Shown piece after piece: positions 16,336 through 23,813 of a stretch of DNA of 23,813 nt. The position numbers were made by a program, and so were the translations under genes. Position 1 is the first letter of the stretch, and every line of letters starts with the position of its first letter. Origin of the DNA: Candidatus Bathyarchaeia archaeon (GTDB taxonomy: Archaea; Thermoproteota; Bathyarchaeia; 40CM-2-53-6); assembly GCA_049517415.1 (NCBI GenBank), contig JBEKSC010000031.1:1-23813 (forward strand). The letters run 5' to 3'. The notes below the pieces were generated by a model. That model was given only the letters and a program-made list of their open reading frames with translations. It was not told the DNA's origin and did not search any database.

Positions 16336-17283
16336 TCATCGCCCTAGAGCTTGTGCATTCAGTGCGTTCTGAAGTGTTATCAGTTCTGCATTCATCCAAT
16401 CTTGGAACGATACGTCGGGTGGTTGTATAGTTTCTGTTACCGCAACTATCGGGATGCCTTTTGCAGCGGCCACTGCCTTGATGTTCTGCGTGAGCGGCGT
16501 CACAGTCTGAGCATTGTAGACCAATACTCTGACGCTACCATTCTCAAGCAGCTCCTGGAATTGCACAACGCTCTGGGCGGGCGGGTCGTTTCCTTCAGCA
16601 ACCGCATCCATAAACGCTTGAGGAGAGACAAGGTCGAGACCCGTCGCGTTCGCCAAATATTCGAAGATGCTTTCCGTAGATGCTACTCTACTGCCTACGA
16701 ATTGCGCCCTTATCTCGCTTATTCGAGCATTATATTGCCCAAGCGAAGCATTCAAACTGGCATACTGCTGCGTATAATACGCTGCACCCGCCGGATCGAT
16801 GGAGACAAGGTCTGAGTACATGGCTCTTACAGTGTCGTTCACGTAATAGGGACTGTACCAAAAGTGGGGATTGTCACCCTCTTTCTTCCCGAGAAGCTCG
16901 GCGACGTTCAGGATCACTTGATGCGGACTATTGCTTGCCGAGATCAGTTTCGTGGCCCAATCGTCGTATCCGGCACCATTCACAATCACAAGAGCTGCGC
17001 CTGCGATTGCTTGCGCATCTCCACTATTGCTCTCGTATTCGTGCGGGTCAGCATTAGGGTCGGTAACTATGCTCAACACTTGGGTGCGCGTTCCGCCCAG
17101 TTGAGACACCAGGCTCCCCCAAAAATTCTCCGCGGCTACGATTTGAACCTTTGATGTAGGACTCTGAACGATCGTTGAACTCCCACTGGATAATGACCCA
17201 TTTGAGAAGTACAATCCTGCGAATGTTGCCACTAGGATTACAGCAACCAGAACTCCAACAACTACATACGTATTCTTTTGCAC
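16336..17283 (-). CDS. Cluster A-I metal-binding solute-binding protein (ZnuA/MntC/PsaA family)
   Basis: N-terminal membrane anchor and S/T linker. DPHEYE, NGAGYD, NPHFWY, STESIFEY and VTET motifs. GTG start. Confidence 0.95.
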   Translation of the reverse strand: MQKNTYVVVGVLVAVILVATFAGLYFSNGSLSSGSSTIVQSPTSKVQIVAAENFWGSLVSQLGGTRTQVLSIVTDPNADPHEYESNSGDAQAIAGAALVIVNGAGYDDWATKLISASNSPHQVILNVAELLGKKEGDNPHFWYSPYYVNDTVRAMYSDLVSIDPAGAAYYTQQYASLNASLGQYNARISEIRAQFVGSRVASTESIFEYLANATGLDLVSPQAFMDAVAEGNDPPAQSVVQFQELLENGSVRVLVYNAQTVTPLTQNIKAVAAAKGIPIVAVTETIQPPDVSFQDWMNAELITLQNALNAQALGR

Positions 17284-17327
17284 GTCTCGTTCTACACCAA
17301 ACTATGCATTAAATTACCATACTCGAC

Positions 17328-17355
17328 TTATTAAGTTTATTTCAATTCTTAATAA
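17328..17355. promoter_or_regulatory. Perfect inverted repeat with NikR-operator geometry over the ABC operon promoter
   Basis: TTATTAAG-N12-CTTAATAA, i.e. TTATTA-N16-TAATAA (28 bp). It overlaps the minus-strand BRE/TATA-like GAAATAAACTTAATAA about 45 bp upstream of the SBP start. A weaker copy, TTATTA-N17-TAATAT, lies at 17385-17413. Confidence 0.6.
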
Positions 17356-17846
17356 TTATACCCTAGCGTTTTGCGTTTTATTCTTTATTAGGATTTATAT
17401 TTTTATTTAATATTCTGACCTCGGATGAGCCTCGAGGATTAATATTCGGAATCGGCGCTAAAGGTGGACGAAATGCCTCGAGCTGAACACGACTTAATCA
17501 ACATCAAGGCGAACCTGACGCATTAAACGATTACCGCAAAGACGTGGACTAGTTGTTATCTCGTTGGAGTGCTAACGTCTCGTTACTTCTCGCGTTGCAA
17601 GTGAGATATACCGGTGTGAAAAGATTATCGCAACTGTGCTCCACACGTGTGCGTTCTTAGTGTGTGGGAAGTTTTGATGCATTCAGTCAAAGATTTGCAC
17701 AAGATCGTGTCACTTTTCCAACAATCGGGGCGACGAGCGTTCCATTCTGCTTGATGGCGCGAATATGTATCTCCCAGAGGTAATTGCTGATACGCGACGA
17801 TTGCGCTCTAGCAGTATATTGAACTAAGGGGAGTTGAACTAGAATC

Positions 17847-19673
17847 GTGCTTTTGAAACACAAGAGGGCCATTTCTTTTGCTTTCGTTGCCATCGCACTA
17901 ATTGCGTCTTTGCTTTCTGTGCGCGCGGTTACGCCCACGGTCACGGCTCTCGTAAGGTATGATTCTGGTAATCCGACCCCTGACGAACAACTCGTTTTGG
18001 AGTACATTAATCGGGCTCGTGCGAATCCCATCGCCGAGGGGCAGCGTTTGGGGATCGACATCCATGAAGGGTTGCAGGATCCAAGTCTCGTGGGCCCTCG
18101 GCCGCCGTTGGCTATGAATAGCCTTCTGCTTAGCATTGCGGAGGCCCACAGCGAGGACATGTACAATGGGAATTACTTCTCCCACACAGACCCAAACGGC
18201 ACAACTGCCTTCGAGCGCTTTACGAATGTGGGCTACGATTACGTGCGGGCGGGTGAAAACATGGCCGCGAGTACGGGTTCGACTGCTGCGGAATTGGAGG
18301 ACTTTATGATGGTTGATTCAGGCACCGCGGGGCGTCCCCACCGCGTCAACCTTCTTGACCTCATCAACGCTAACCCCTGCAGCACTCCTCCCTGCGTGTA
18401 TTACGAAGTCGGAATCGAGTACTATGCGGGAGCCACTTCGAACAGTATTGGTAGCGATTTCATCACGGAGGATTTTGGTGCCGCGCTCAACACTGGGCCG
18501 TTCCTGTTGGGCGTGGTATACAATGATGTGAATAGCAACAATTTCTACGACATCGGCGAAGGCATCGGTGGCGTAACGATCACGCCAAGCAGCGGCGGTT
18601 ACTATGCTGTCTCATCGTCGTCGGGCGGCTACGCTATCCCGATCGGTACTTCTGGAACCATCACGGTTACTGCTTCGGTCCCAGGTTTTGGGCCGATTAC
18701 TAGAACAGTGACCCTTACTGGCGCAAACGTCAAATTGGATTTTACTGTTTCAGCACAAGTTAGTAGCAGCTCAACATCGCAACAAACAACAATACCACAA
18801 ATAAGCACTACCTCAAGTGTGGTTGCCACTAGTTCTACTCAGATAACGCCGAGCTCAACCATGCCTGCTAGCAGTCCGTCTATCGCACTCAATCCTACTT
18901 CGGCCCCTGGTGGATCAACTGTCAACGTAACCGGCTCAGGCTTCTCTATGACCGACACGGGTTGCTTGATCTCAGGCAACTCGGTTAGCGTTTCTAGCTG
19001 TGTGATTTCCGGCGGTAATGTGAAGGGGTCTTTTGTCGTCAGTAATGCAGGAACAGGCTCCTACTCGGTTGCTGCTATTGGTGGTCCCGTGGGTGATTCC
19101 GCCAAAGCTAATTTCCAATTGATACGCCCCATTCCATCCATGACGATCGACTCTAATTCTGGGATAGTTGGAGCCAACGTTACCGTGTCCGGTTCCGGCT
19201 TCGCCCCAGGTGACACGACCTGCACGATAACTGGTTCAGGAAGTTCGATCTCGTCACCATCCTGTTCGATTTCCGCTGGTGCCGTTACTGGTTCCTTTGT
19301 TGTTGCTAACGTGGCGGCTGCAGTGTACACCATCACGGTGACTGGCAATCAAGCTGCGGACTCTGTCTCCGCAGACTTCACAGTTGACGCATCTTCGACT
19401 CAAACAACTAGTTCTATTAGCAGTACCACAATGACTTCACAGAGTTTAACGACCACTGTCGCGCAGCCGACGGTCTTGGTCGTCACTTCTGTGGTAACTA
19501 CGGTCGTGAGCTCGCCTACGACAACGGCTTTGAGAACGTCCAGCTCGATTTCCGTCACGATGCCCATGGCAATGCCACCAGTCCCAGGGTTCCCCTTGGA
19601 ATCGATCATTACAGGCATAATTCTCGGTTTGATGTTTTTGGCGATTGTTAGGCGACGCAGGAAAGAACCCTAG
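17847..19673 (+). CDS. Cell-surface protein: CAP/SCP domain, Cna-B/SdrD-like domain, two Ig-like repeats, S/T stalk and PGF-type sorting tail
   Basis: Signal peptide; CAP motifs EQLVLEYINRARANP, AEAHSEDM...YFSH, GENMA and HRVNLL. GVVYNDVNSNNFYDIGEGIGGVTIT segment. C-terminus VPGFPLESIITG-TM-RRRRK. Confidence 0.9.
   Translation: MLLKHKRAISFAFVAIALIASLLSVRAVTPTVTALVRYDSGNPTPDEQLVLEYINRARANPIAEGQRLGIDIHEGLQDPSLVGPRPPLAMNSLLLSIAEAHSEDMYNGNYFSHTDPNGTTAFERFTNVGYDYVRAGENMAASTGSTAAELEDFMMVDSGTAGRPHRVNLLDLINANPCSTPPCVYYEVGIEYYAGATSNSIGSDFITEDFGAALNTGPFLLGVVYNDVNSNNFYDIGEGIGGVTITPSSGGYYAVSSSSGGYAIPIGTSGTITVTASVPGFGPITRTVTLTGANVKLDFTVSAQVSSSSTSQQTTIPQISTTSSVVATSSTQITPSSTMPASSPSIALNPTSAPGGSTVNVTGSGFSMTDTGCLISGNSVSVSSCVISGGNVKGSFVVSNAGTGSYSVAAIGGPVGDSAKANFQLIRPIPSMTIDSNSGIVGANVTVSGSGFAPGDTTCTITGSGSSISSPSCSISAGAVTGSFVVANVAAAVYTITVTGNQAADSVSADFTVDASSTQTTSSISSTTMTSQSLTTTVAQPTVLVVTSVVTTVVSSPTTTALRTSSSISVTMPMAMPPVPGFPLESIITGIILGLMFLAIVRRRRKEP
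18876..19385 (+). repeat. Tandem duplication of a roughly 83-aa Cys-containing IPT/TIG-like Ig domain
   Basis: Repeat 1 (about 18876-19121): PSIALNPTS..G..VNVTGSGFS..DTGC..SG...SC.ISGG.V.GSFVV...Y....GDSA.A.F. Repeat 2 (about 19134-19385): PSMTIDSNS..G..VTVSGSGFA..DTTC..TG...SC.ISAG.V.GSFVV...Y....ADS..A.F. Confidence 0.85.
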
Positions 19674-19957
19674 GTCGTAACCGGACGTTAACTGAACCAA
19701 CAGCTTTTCTCCGCTAGTACCATGACACAGAGATAACAGACGCTCGCGCTAGTGTTCGGCATCCTTTGCTGCCCTAGCCGCCCTAGCCGTCTACCAGTCG
19801 CGAAAGGGACCAAATAGGCTTCACTCCCGCTGCAAAAGCCCAATAAACGCGGTTCCAACACCCTCTTTTTCCCTAAGAACTCCTGCGTAATTCTCTATAG
19901 AATAGGTTCTAGACATTTACTTAGCAGAATCATAGGCATTTCCCATGGTGCCTTTGA

Positions 19958-20179
19958 TTGGAACTGGACGCCCTGGAAACGAGGGCCGTGGAACCTCTGA
20001 GGAGCCGGCTTCAGAACGGAAACGTAATCACCCTTTCTGCCGAACGTAGCCTAAGTTCACAAAATCAGATTACAGCCAATGGAAGATTTCAAGCCGCTGA
20101 AGGCCGCCAACGAAAGTTCGAAGTGAAATTCCAAATCAAGGAAGACAAGCTACCGATCGCTGACTGGTCTGTCTCGTAG
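19958..20179 (+). CDS. Small hypothetical protein
   Basis: 73 aa with a TTG start and GGTG 7 nt upstream. It has a globular-looking composition, fills an intergenic gap and stops 31 bp before the next same-strand gene. Confidence 0.4.
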   Translation: MELDALETRAVEPLRSRLQNGNVITLSAERSLSSQNQITANGRFQAAEGRQRKFEVKFQIKEDKLPIADWSVS

Positions 20180-20210
20180 GAGTTTCATCTGGCGATATTG
20201 AGATAGGTAA

Positions 20211-22298
20211 ATGACCTCTCATCCCCCTGCCAGAAGGATCTATTCACACCCTATACTGGCTGTGCCACAGAAGCAAGAGATTTGTTTCTTCTGGCAAGGG
20301 GAGTCGATTTCAGCCGCGGACGGGGAAATGATCTCTTCAGCTCTGATTGCCAGTGGAATAGATTGCTTTGGCCATCATCACAAAGATGGGGCACCGCAGG
20401 GACTTTTCTGCGCCAACGGCCAATGCTCGCACTGCCTAGTCATAGCTGACGGCATCCCCGTGAAAGCGTGCATCACCCCTGTCCACGAAGGAATGAACAT
20501 TCGCGCAGTCGACGGGTTACCCAAATTACTAGACGACGATTTACCAGCCGGATCCATCGAAGTTCCAGAAGTATCGGTGGATGTTCTGATTGCGGGAGCA
20601 GGCCCCGCTGGACTTAACGCAGCCCTCGAGCTTACTAAGAGCAACGCGAACGTACTCGTATGTGACGACAAACATGAGATCGGCGGAAAACTCACCCTCC
20701 AAACTCACAACTTCTTCGGGTCGGTACGTGAATGCCGTGCCGGCACGAGAGGCATCAACATTGCCAAACAGTTCGTACAGGAATTAGCGGAATTTAAAAA
20801 CCTACAAATCTGGACAGACTCTCCAGTAGTCGGAGTTTTCTCCGACGGTAAAATCGCCGTAGTTCGAGACGGAAAGTACTGCCTCGTTAAACCAAAGCAA
20901 TTTCTAGTGGCCACCGGAGCGAGAGAAAAGGTTCTAGCTTTTCCGGGCCACGACCTACCAGGAGTATTCGGCGCCGGCGCCTTCCAGACACTCGTGAATA
21001 GGGACTTAGTGAAACCTTCAAGCCGAATATTCATCGTGGGCGGCGGCAACGTCGGCTTGATAGCAGCTTACCACGCGATGCAAGCAGGCATTCAAGTTGT
21101 AGGCTTAGTTGAAGCTCTCCCGAAAGTTGGCGGATACAAAGTACATTTAGACAAGATCAAGAGGCTCGGAGTCCCCGTCTACACCTCGCACACTGTAGTC
21201 AAAGCCTACGGAAACGGCCACGTCGAGGGAGTTGTGGTAGCACAGATCGATGAGAGATTCAAACCGATCAATGGAACCGAGCGAAGCTACCAAGTTGATA
21301 CCGTACTAGTCGCGGTTGGCCTAAACCCTGTCAACGAACTAGCCCAAGAAGCACGGCGGATGGGGATTCCAACTTATGAGGCTGGCGACGCTGAGCTGAT
21401 CGCTGAAGCATCAGCGGCCATGTTCTCTGGAAAAGTGATTGCGAGAAGAATGCTCCAAGACATGGGCCTGGACACCGCCATCCCAACAGAATGGTTGGAC
21501 ATGCTTAAGATCCTACGTGGTAAGCCTGGCCCAATCCATGAATTCAAAGAACCTGATTATACAACAGCAAAGGTTTTCCCGGTAATTCGGTGCGTGCAAG
21601 AGATTCCTTGCAACCCCTGCGTCGAAGCCTGCCCGAAGGGTTGGGTCACATTGGAAAGCGAAAGCATCATGTCTCTTCCTCGCTGGGACAAGGAATGTGT
21701 TGGCTGCCTGAAATGTGCGGTCGTTTGCCCGGGTTTAGCGATTACCGTCGTGGATAGAAGGTTCGATTCAACAGGGAAAAAGGCGCAGGTGTGGCTCCCA
21801 TGGGAACTTGACGAGAACACCGTGAGAATAGGTAAGGAAGTCGCGCTCACGGGGTTCGAAGGTGAAGACATCGGTGCTGGAACCGTGCTCCACATTCGAA
21901 ATCTCAAATGGATGGACAAAAGGAAGATGGTACAGGTAGAAGTGGATTCGAAGCTTGCAACAAAAATTGCGGGCATTAGAGTCCAAACTCCGGAGCATGG
22001 ATCACCGGCCTCGTTTGAATACGGTTTGGAGAATGATGAGGTCATGGTGTGCCTTTGCGAGCGAGTGAGCAAGAAGCAAATCGCTGAACTAGTGCAGATG
22101 GGCGTCAGGGATCTGAACGCCATCAAGGCCGCCACCCGATGTGGCATGGGCGCGTGCAACGGGAAGACGTGCGAGAGCCTCGTCAAGCAAGTCTTCCAGG
22201 AACAAGGAATCCCGCTAGATTCTGTGACTGGGTACGTGAAGCGACCATTCACCATGGAGGTCCCATTAACAGCGTTATTCCGGGAGGATCGAAAATGA
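20211..22298 (+). CDS. Fused electron-transfer subunit of a proline/sarcosine/opine dehydrogenase-type complex (2Fe-2S, FAD/NAD(P), 2x4Fe-4S, BFD-like 2Fe-2S)
   Basis: FCANGQCSHC...KAC (2Fe-2S); GAGPAG and GGGNVG Rossmann motifs; ATGARE; CVQEIPCNPCVEACP and CVGCLKCAVVCP (ferredoxin); CLCERV...RCGMGACNGKTC...RPF (BFD-like). Confidence 0.9.
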   Translation: MTSHPPARRIYSHPILAVPQKQEICFFWQGESISAADGEMISSALIASGIDCFGHHHKDGAPQGLFCANGQCSHCLVIADGIPVKACITPVHEGMNIRAVDGLPKLLDDDLPAGSIEVPEVSVDVLIAGAGPAGLNAALELTKSNANVLVCDDKHEIGGKLTLQTHNFFGSVRECRAGTRGINIAKQFVQELAEFKNLQIWTDSPVVGVFSDGKIAVVRDGKYCLVKPKQFLVATGAREKVLAFPGHDLPGVFGAGAFQTLVNRDLVKPSSRIFIVGGGNVGLIAAYHAMQAGIQVVGLVEALPKVGGYKVHLDKIKRLGVPVYTSHTVVKAYGNGHVEGVVVAQIDERFKPINGTERSYQVDTVLVAVGLNPVNELAQEARRMGIPTYEAGDAELIAEASAAMFSGKVIARRMLQDMGLDTAIPTEWLDMLKILRGKPGPIHEFKEPDYTTAKVFPVIRCVQEIPCNPCVEACPKGWVTLESESIMSLPRWDKECVGCLKCAVVCPGLAITVVDRRFDSTGKKAQVWLPWELDENTVRIGKEVALTGFEGEDIGAGTVLHIRNLKWMDKRKMVQVEVDSKLATKIAGIRVQTPEHGSPASFEYGLENDEVMVCLCERVSKKQIAELVQMGVRDLNAIKAATRCGMGACNGKTCESLVKQVFQEQGIPLDSVTGYVKRPFTMEVPLTALFREDRK

Positions 22299-23449
22299 CG
22301 GACATAGTAGTGGTTGGAGCAGGAGCAGTGGGGCTGCCGTCCGCATACTTCCTCGCCCAAGAAGGCATGCGGGTTACAGTAGTCGACATGGAACCGGCAC
22401 CGGCGCAGGGAAGTTTCAAGGCAGCGATTGGTGGAGTTAGGGCCACACACTCAGAGCCAGCCAAGATAGCCCTCTGCCAAGACAGCCTACGAATATTCTC
22501 CACATGGAAGGAGAAGACGGGGACGGAGATTGGTTGGAAGATGGGCGGATACTGCTTTCCAGCCTACCGCGAACAAGACGAAAAACTCCTGAAAGACATG
22601 TTTCCCATACAACACAAGTACGGCTTGAAAATTGACTGGCTTGACCACGAAGGCATCGAAAAGATCGTCCCGGGAATAAATGTTGAAGGGCTAAGAGGCG
22701 GAACCCTCTCAATTGAAGACGGACAGGCCTCGCCGTTACTGTTTGCTTCATCACTGACCGAGGAATGCAAGAAGCTGGGAGTAGAGTTTAGGCTCGGGGA
22801 AAGCACGGAACAAGTACTCGTGAAGAGCGGTCGAATTGTCGGTCTGAAGACGAATAGGGGAGTTATTTCAGCGGATTACGTGCTCAATGCAGCTGGAGCC
22901 CGGGCGAGTCAAATCGCTGCGACCGTCAATGTGCGCGTTCCCGTCTCTCCTGATTCGCATGAGGCCGGAATATCCATGCCAGTGGATCGATTTCTAGACC
23001 CGCTAGTGGTCGACATAAGACCTGGACCTGAAGGAAAAACTGCTAACTTCTATTTCGGACAGACGCATGACGGATCGGTCATCTTCTGTTACACTCCCTC
23101 TCCTATAATTCCAGGCGAGGATAAGCGATGCACATCCGAGTTTCTGCCGGTTATTGCGAAAAGGCTCGTAGACTTGATTCCTAGGTTCAAGCATTTGGTC
23201 ATCCGCAGGCTGTGGCGAGGATTCTACCCCATGACGCCGGATGGGCTGCCAATAATCGGAGAAGCCCCGGACGTAAGCGGGTTCTACCTTGCAGCCGGGC
23301 TTTGCGGCCAAGGTTTCATGATGGGACCCGGCATCGCCAGAAACATGGCACATTACATTGCACGAGGGAAACCCTACCTCGACACTTACCTCTTCGACGC
23401 ATTATCACCGCTGAGAGATTTCTACGCGAAAAAAGAAGCACTAAAATGA
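22295..23449 (+). CDS. FAD-dependent amino acid/imino acid dehydrogenase catalytic subunit (DAO family; proline dehydrogenase / sarcosine oxidase beta-like)
   Basis: The true start is likely ATG 22295 (ATGA overlap, GGAGG at 22283-22287). Motifs IVVVGAGAVG, VLNAAGA, RLWRGFYPMTPDGLPIIG and GLCGQGFMMGPG. Confidence 0.9.
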   Translation: MTDIVVVGAGAVGLPSAYFLAQEGMRVTVVDMEPAPAQGSFKAAIGGVRATHSEPAKIALCQDSLRIFSTWKEKTGTEIGWKMGGYCFPAYREQDEKLLKDMFPIQHKYGLKIDWLDHEGIEKIVPGINVEGLRGGTLSIEDGQASPLLFASSLTEECKKLGVEFRLGESTEQVLVKSGRIVGLKTNRGVISADYVLNAAGARASQIAATVNVRVPVSPDSHEAGISMPVDRFLDPLVVDIRPGPEGKTANFYFGQTHDGSVIFCYTPSPIIPGEDKRCTSEFLPVIAKRLVDLIPRFKHLVIRRLWRGFYPMTPDGLPIIGEAPDVSGFYLAAGLCGQGFMMGPGIARNMAHYIARGKPYLDTYLFDALSPLRDFYAKKEALK

Positions 23450-23536
23450 TGCAACGCCGAACCGCTGCCCAGACGGATTTGACTACGATATCACTCCGGA
23501 TTGTTTTCGAGCTCCATGTACGATGAAGCCTTCCGG

Positions 23537-23812
23537 TTAGATAACGACTCTGGGGTAGAGCTTGGCGCCTATGGCAACGTTTATCGCGGTGGCAACCACC
23601 AAGAATAGTAGGTCGAAGGGCACTCCGTACACGGTGGGTCCGTTGCTTAGCATTAATGCCCGCAGTGCGTCAGTCTCATAGGTTAACGGGTTAACTTGAG
23701 AAACGATCTGCAACCACCTTGGCATTATGGAGATCGGGTATATTGCATTGCTTGCAAAGAAGAGTGGCATCGTAAGAATTTGGCCTATTCCCATGAATCG
23801 CTCGCGTGTTTT
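23537..23812 (-). CDS. ABC-2 type exporter permease, 5'-truncated by the window edge
   Basis: KTRERFMGIGQILTMPLFFASNAIYPISIMPRWLQIVSQVNPLTYETDALR is a typical ABC-2 membrane C-terminus. The frame is open to the window end. Confidence 0.9.
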   Translation of the reverse strand, partial: KTRERFMGIGQILTMPLFFASNAIYPISIMPRWLQIVSQVNPLTYETDALRALMLSNGPTVYGVPFDLLFLVVATAINVAIGAKLYPRVVI

Positions 23813-23813
23813 C

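Noticed and set aside
17420..17846. ncRNA, CRISPR array or IS remnant in the long intergenic region
   Set aside because: No regular direct repeats, tRNA cloverleaf, terminal inverted repeats or transposase fragments were recognisable; only short imperfect hairpins.
22139..22294. 52-aa N-terminal extension of the DAO-family gene in the ORF track
   Set aside because: It overlaps the upstream gene. ATG 22295 has a GGAGG RBS and ATGA coupling, and it puts the Rossmann motif at the N-terminus.
21557..22450. 297-aa minus-strand ORF
   Set aside because: Antisense shadow of the Fe-S/flavoprotein genes.

Overview
This is an archaeal chromosomal window of roughly 50% GC (judged by eye). It most likely comes from a TACK lineage such as Bathyarchaeia; this is inferred from a eukaryote-like topoisomerase IB, archaeal-type CobY/CobZ, an aSelB-like factor and PGF-type sorting tails. 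Gene order: partial membrane-anchored protein, TopIB, Tat-exported beta-carbonic anhydrase, small membrane protein, EamA transporter, SerA-like dehydrogenase, NiCoT Ni/Co permease, a decayed surface-protein remnant, a Zn-ribbon/DUF998 membrane protein and aSelBL. Next come a translationally coupled cobamide nucleotide-loop operon (cobZ-cobS-cobY-cblT-cblS), a divergent CbrT-like ECF S-component, and a NikR-like regulator downstream of a Mn/Zn-type ABC importer. The window ends with a CAP-domain surface protein, a fused proline/sarcosine-dehydrogenase-type complex and a partial ABC-2 permease. The strongest candidate for a new system is the B12 module. The alpha-ribazole salvage pair CblT/CblS, characterised in Firmicutes, is coupled here to archaeal CobY/CobS/CobZ, and a 23-bp palindrome sits next to the TATA box where no riboswitch is evident. 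The second candidate is a variant NikR (H89->K) with a perfect 6-16-6 NikR-geometry operator over the metal ABC promoter. No tRNA, rRNA, CRISPR array or mobile element was seen. All family assignments come from motif recognition, not database searches.
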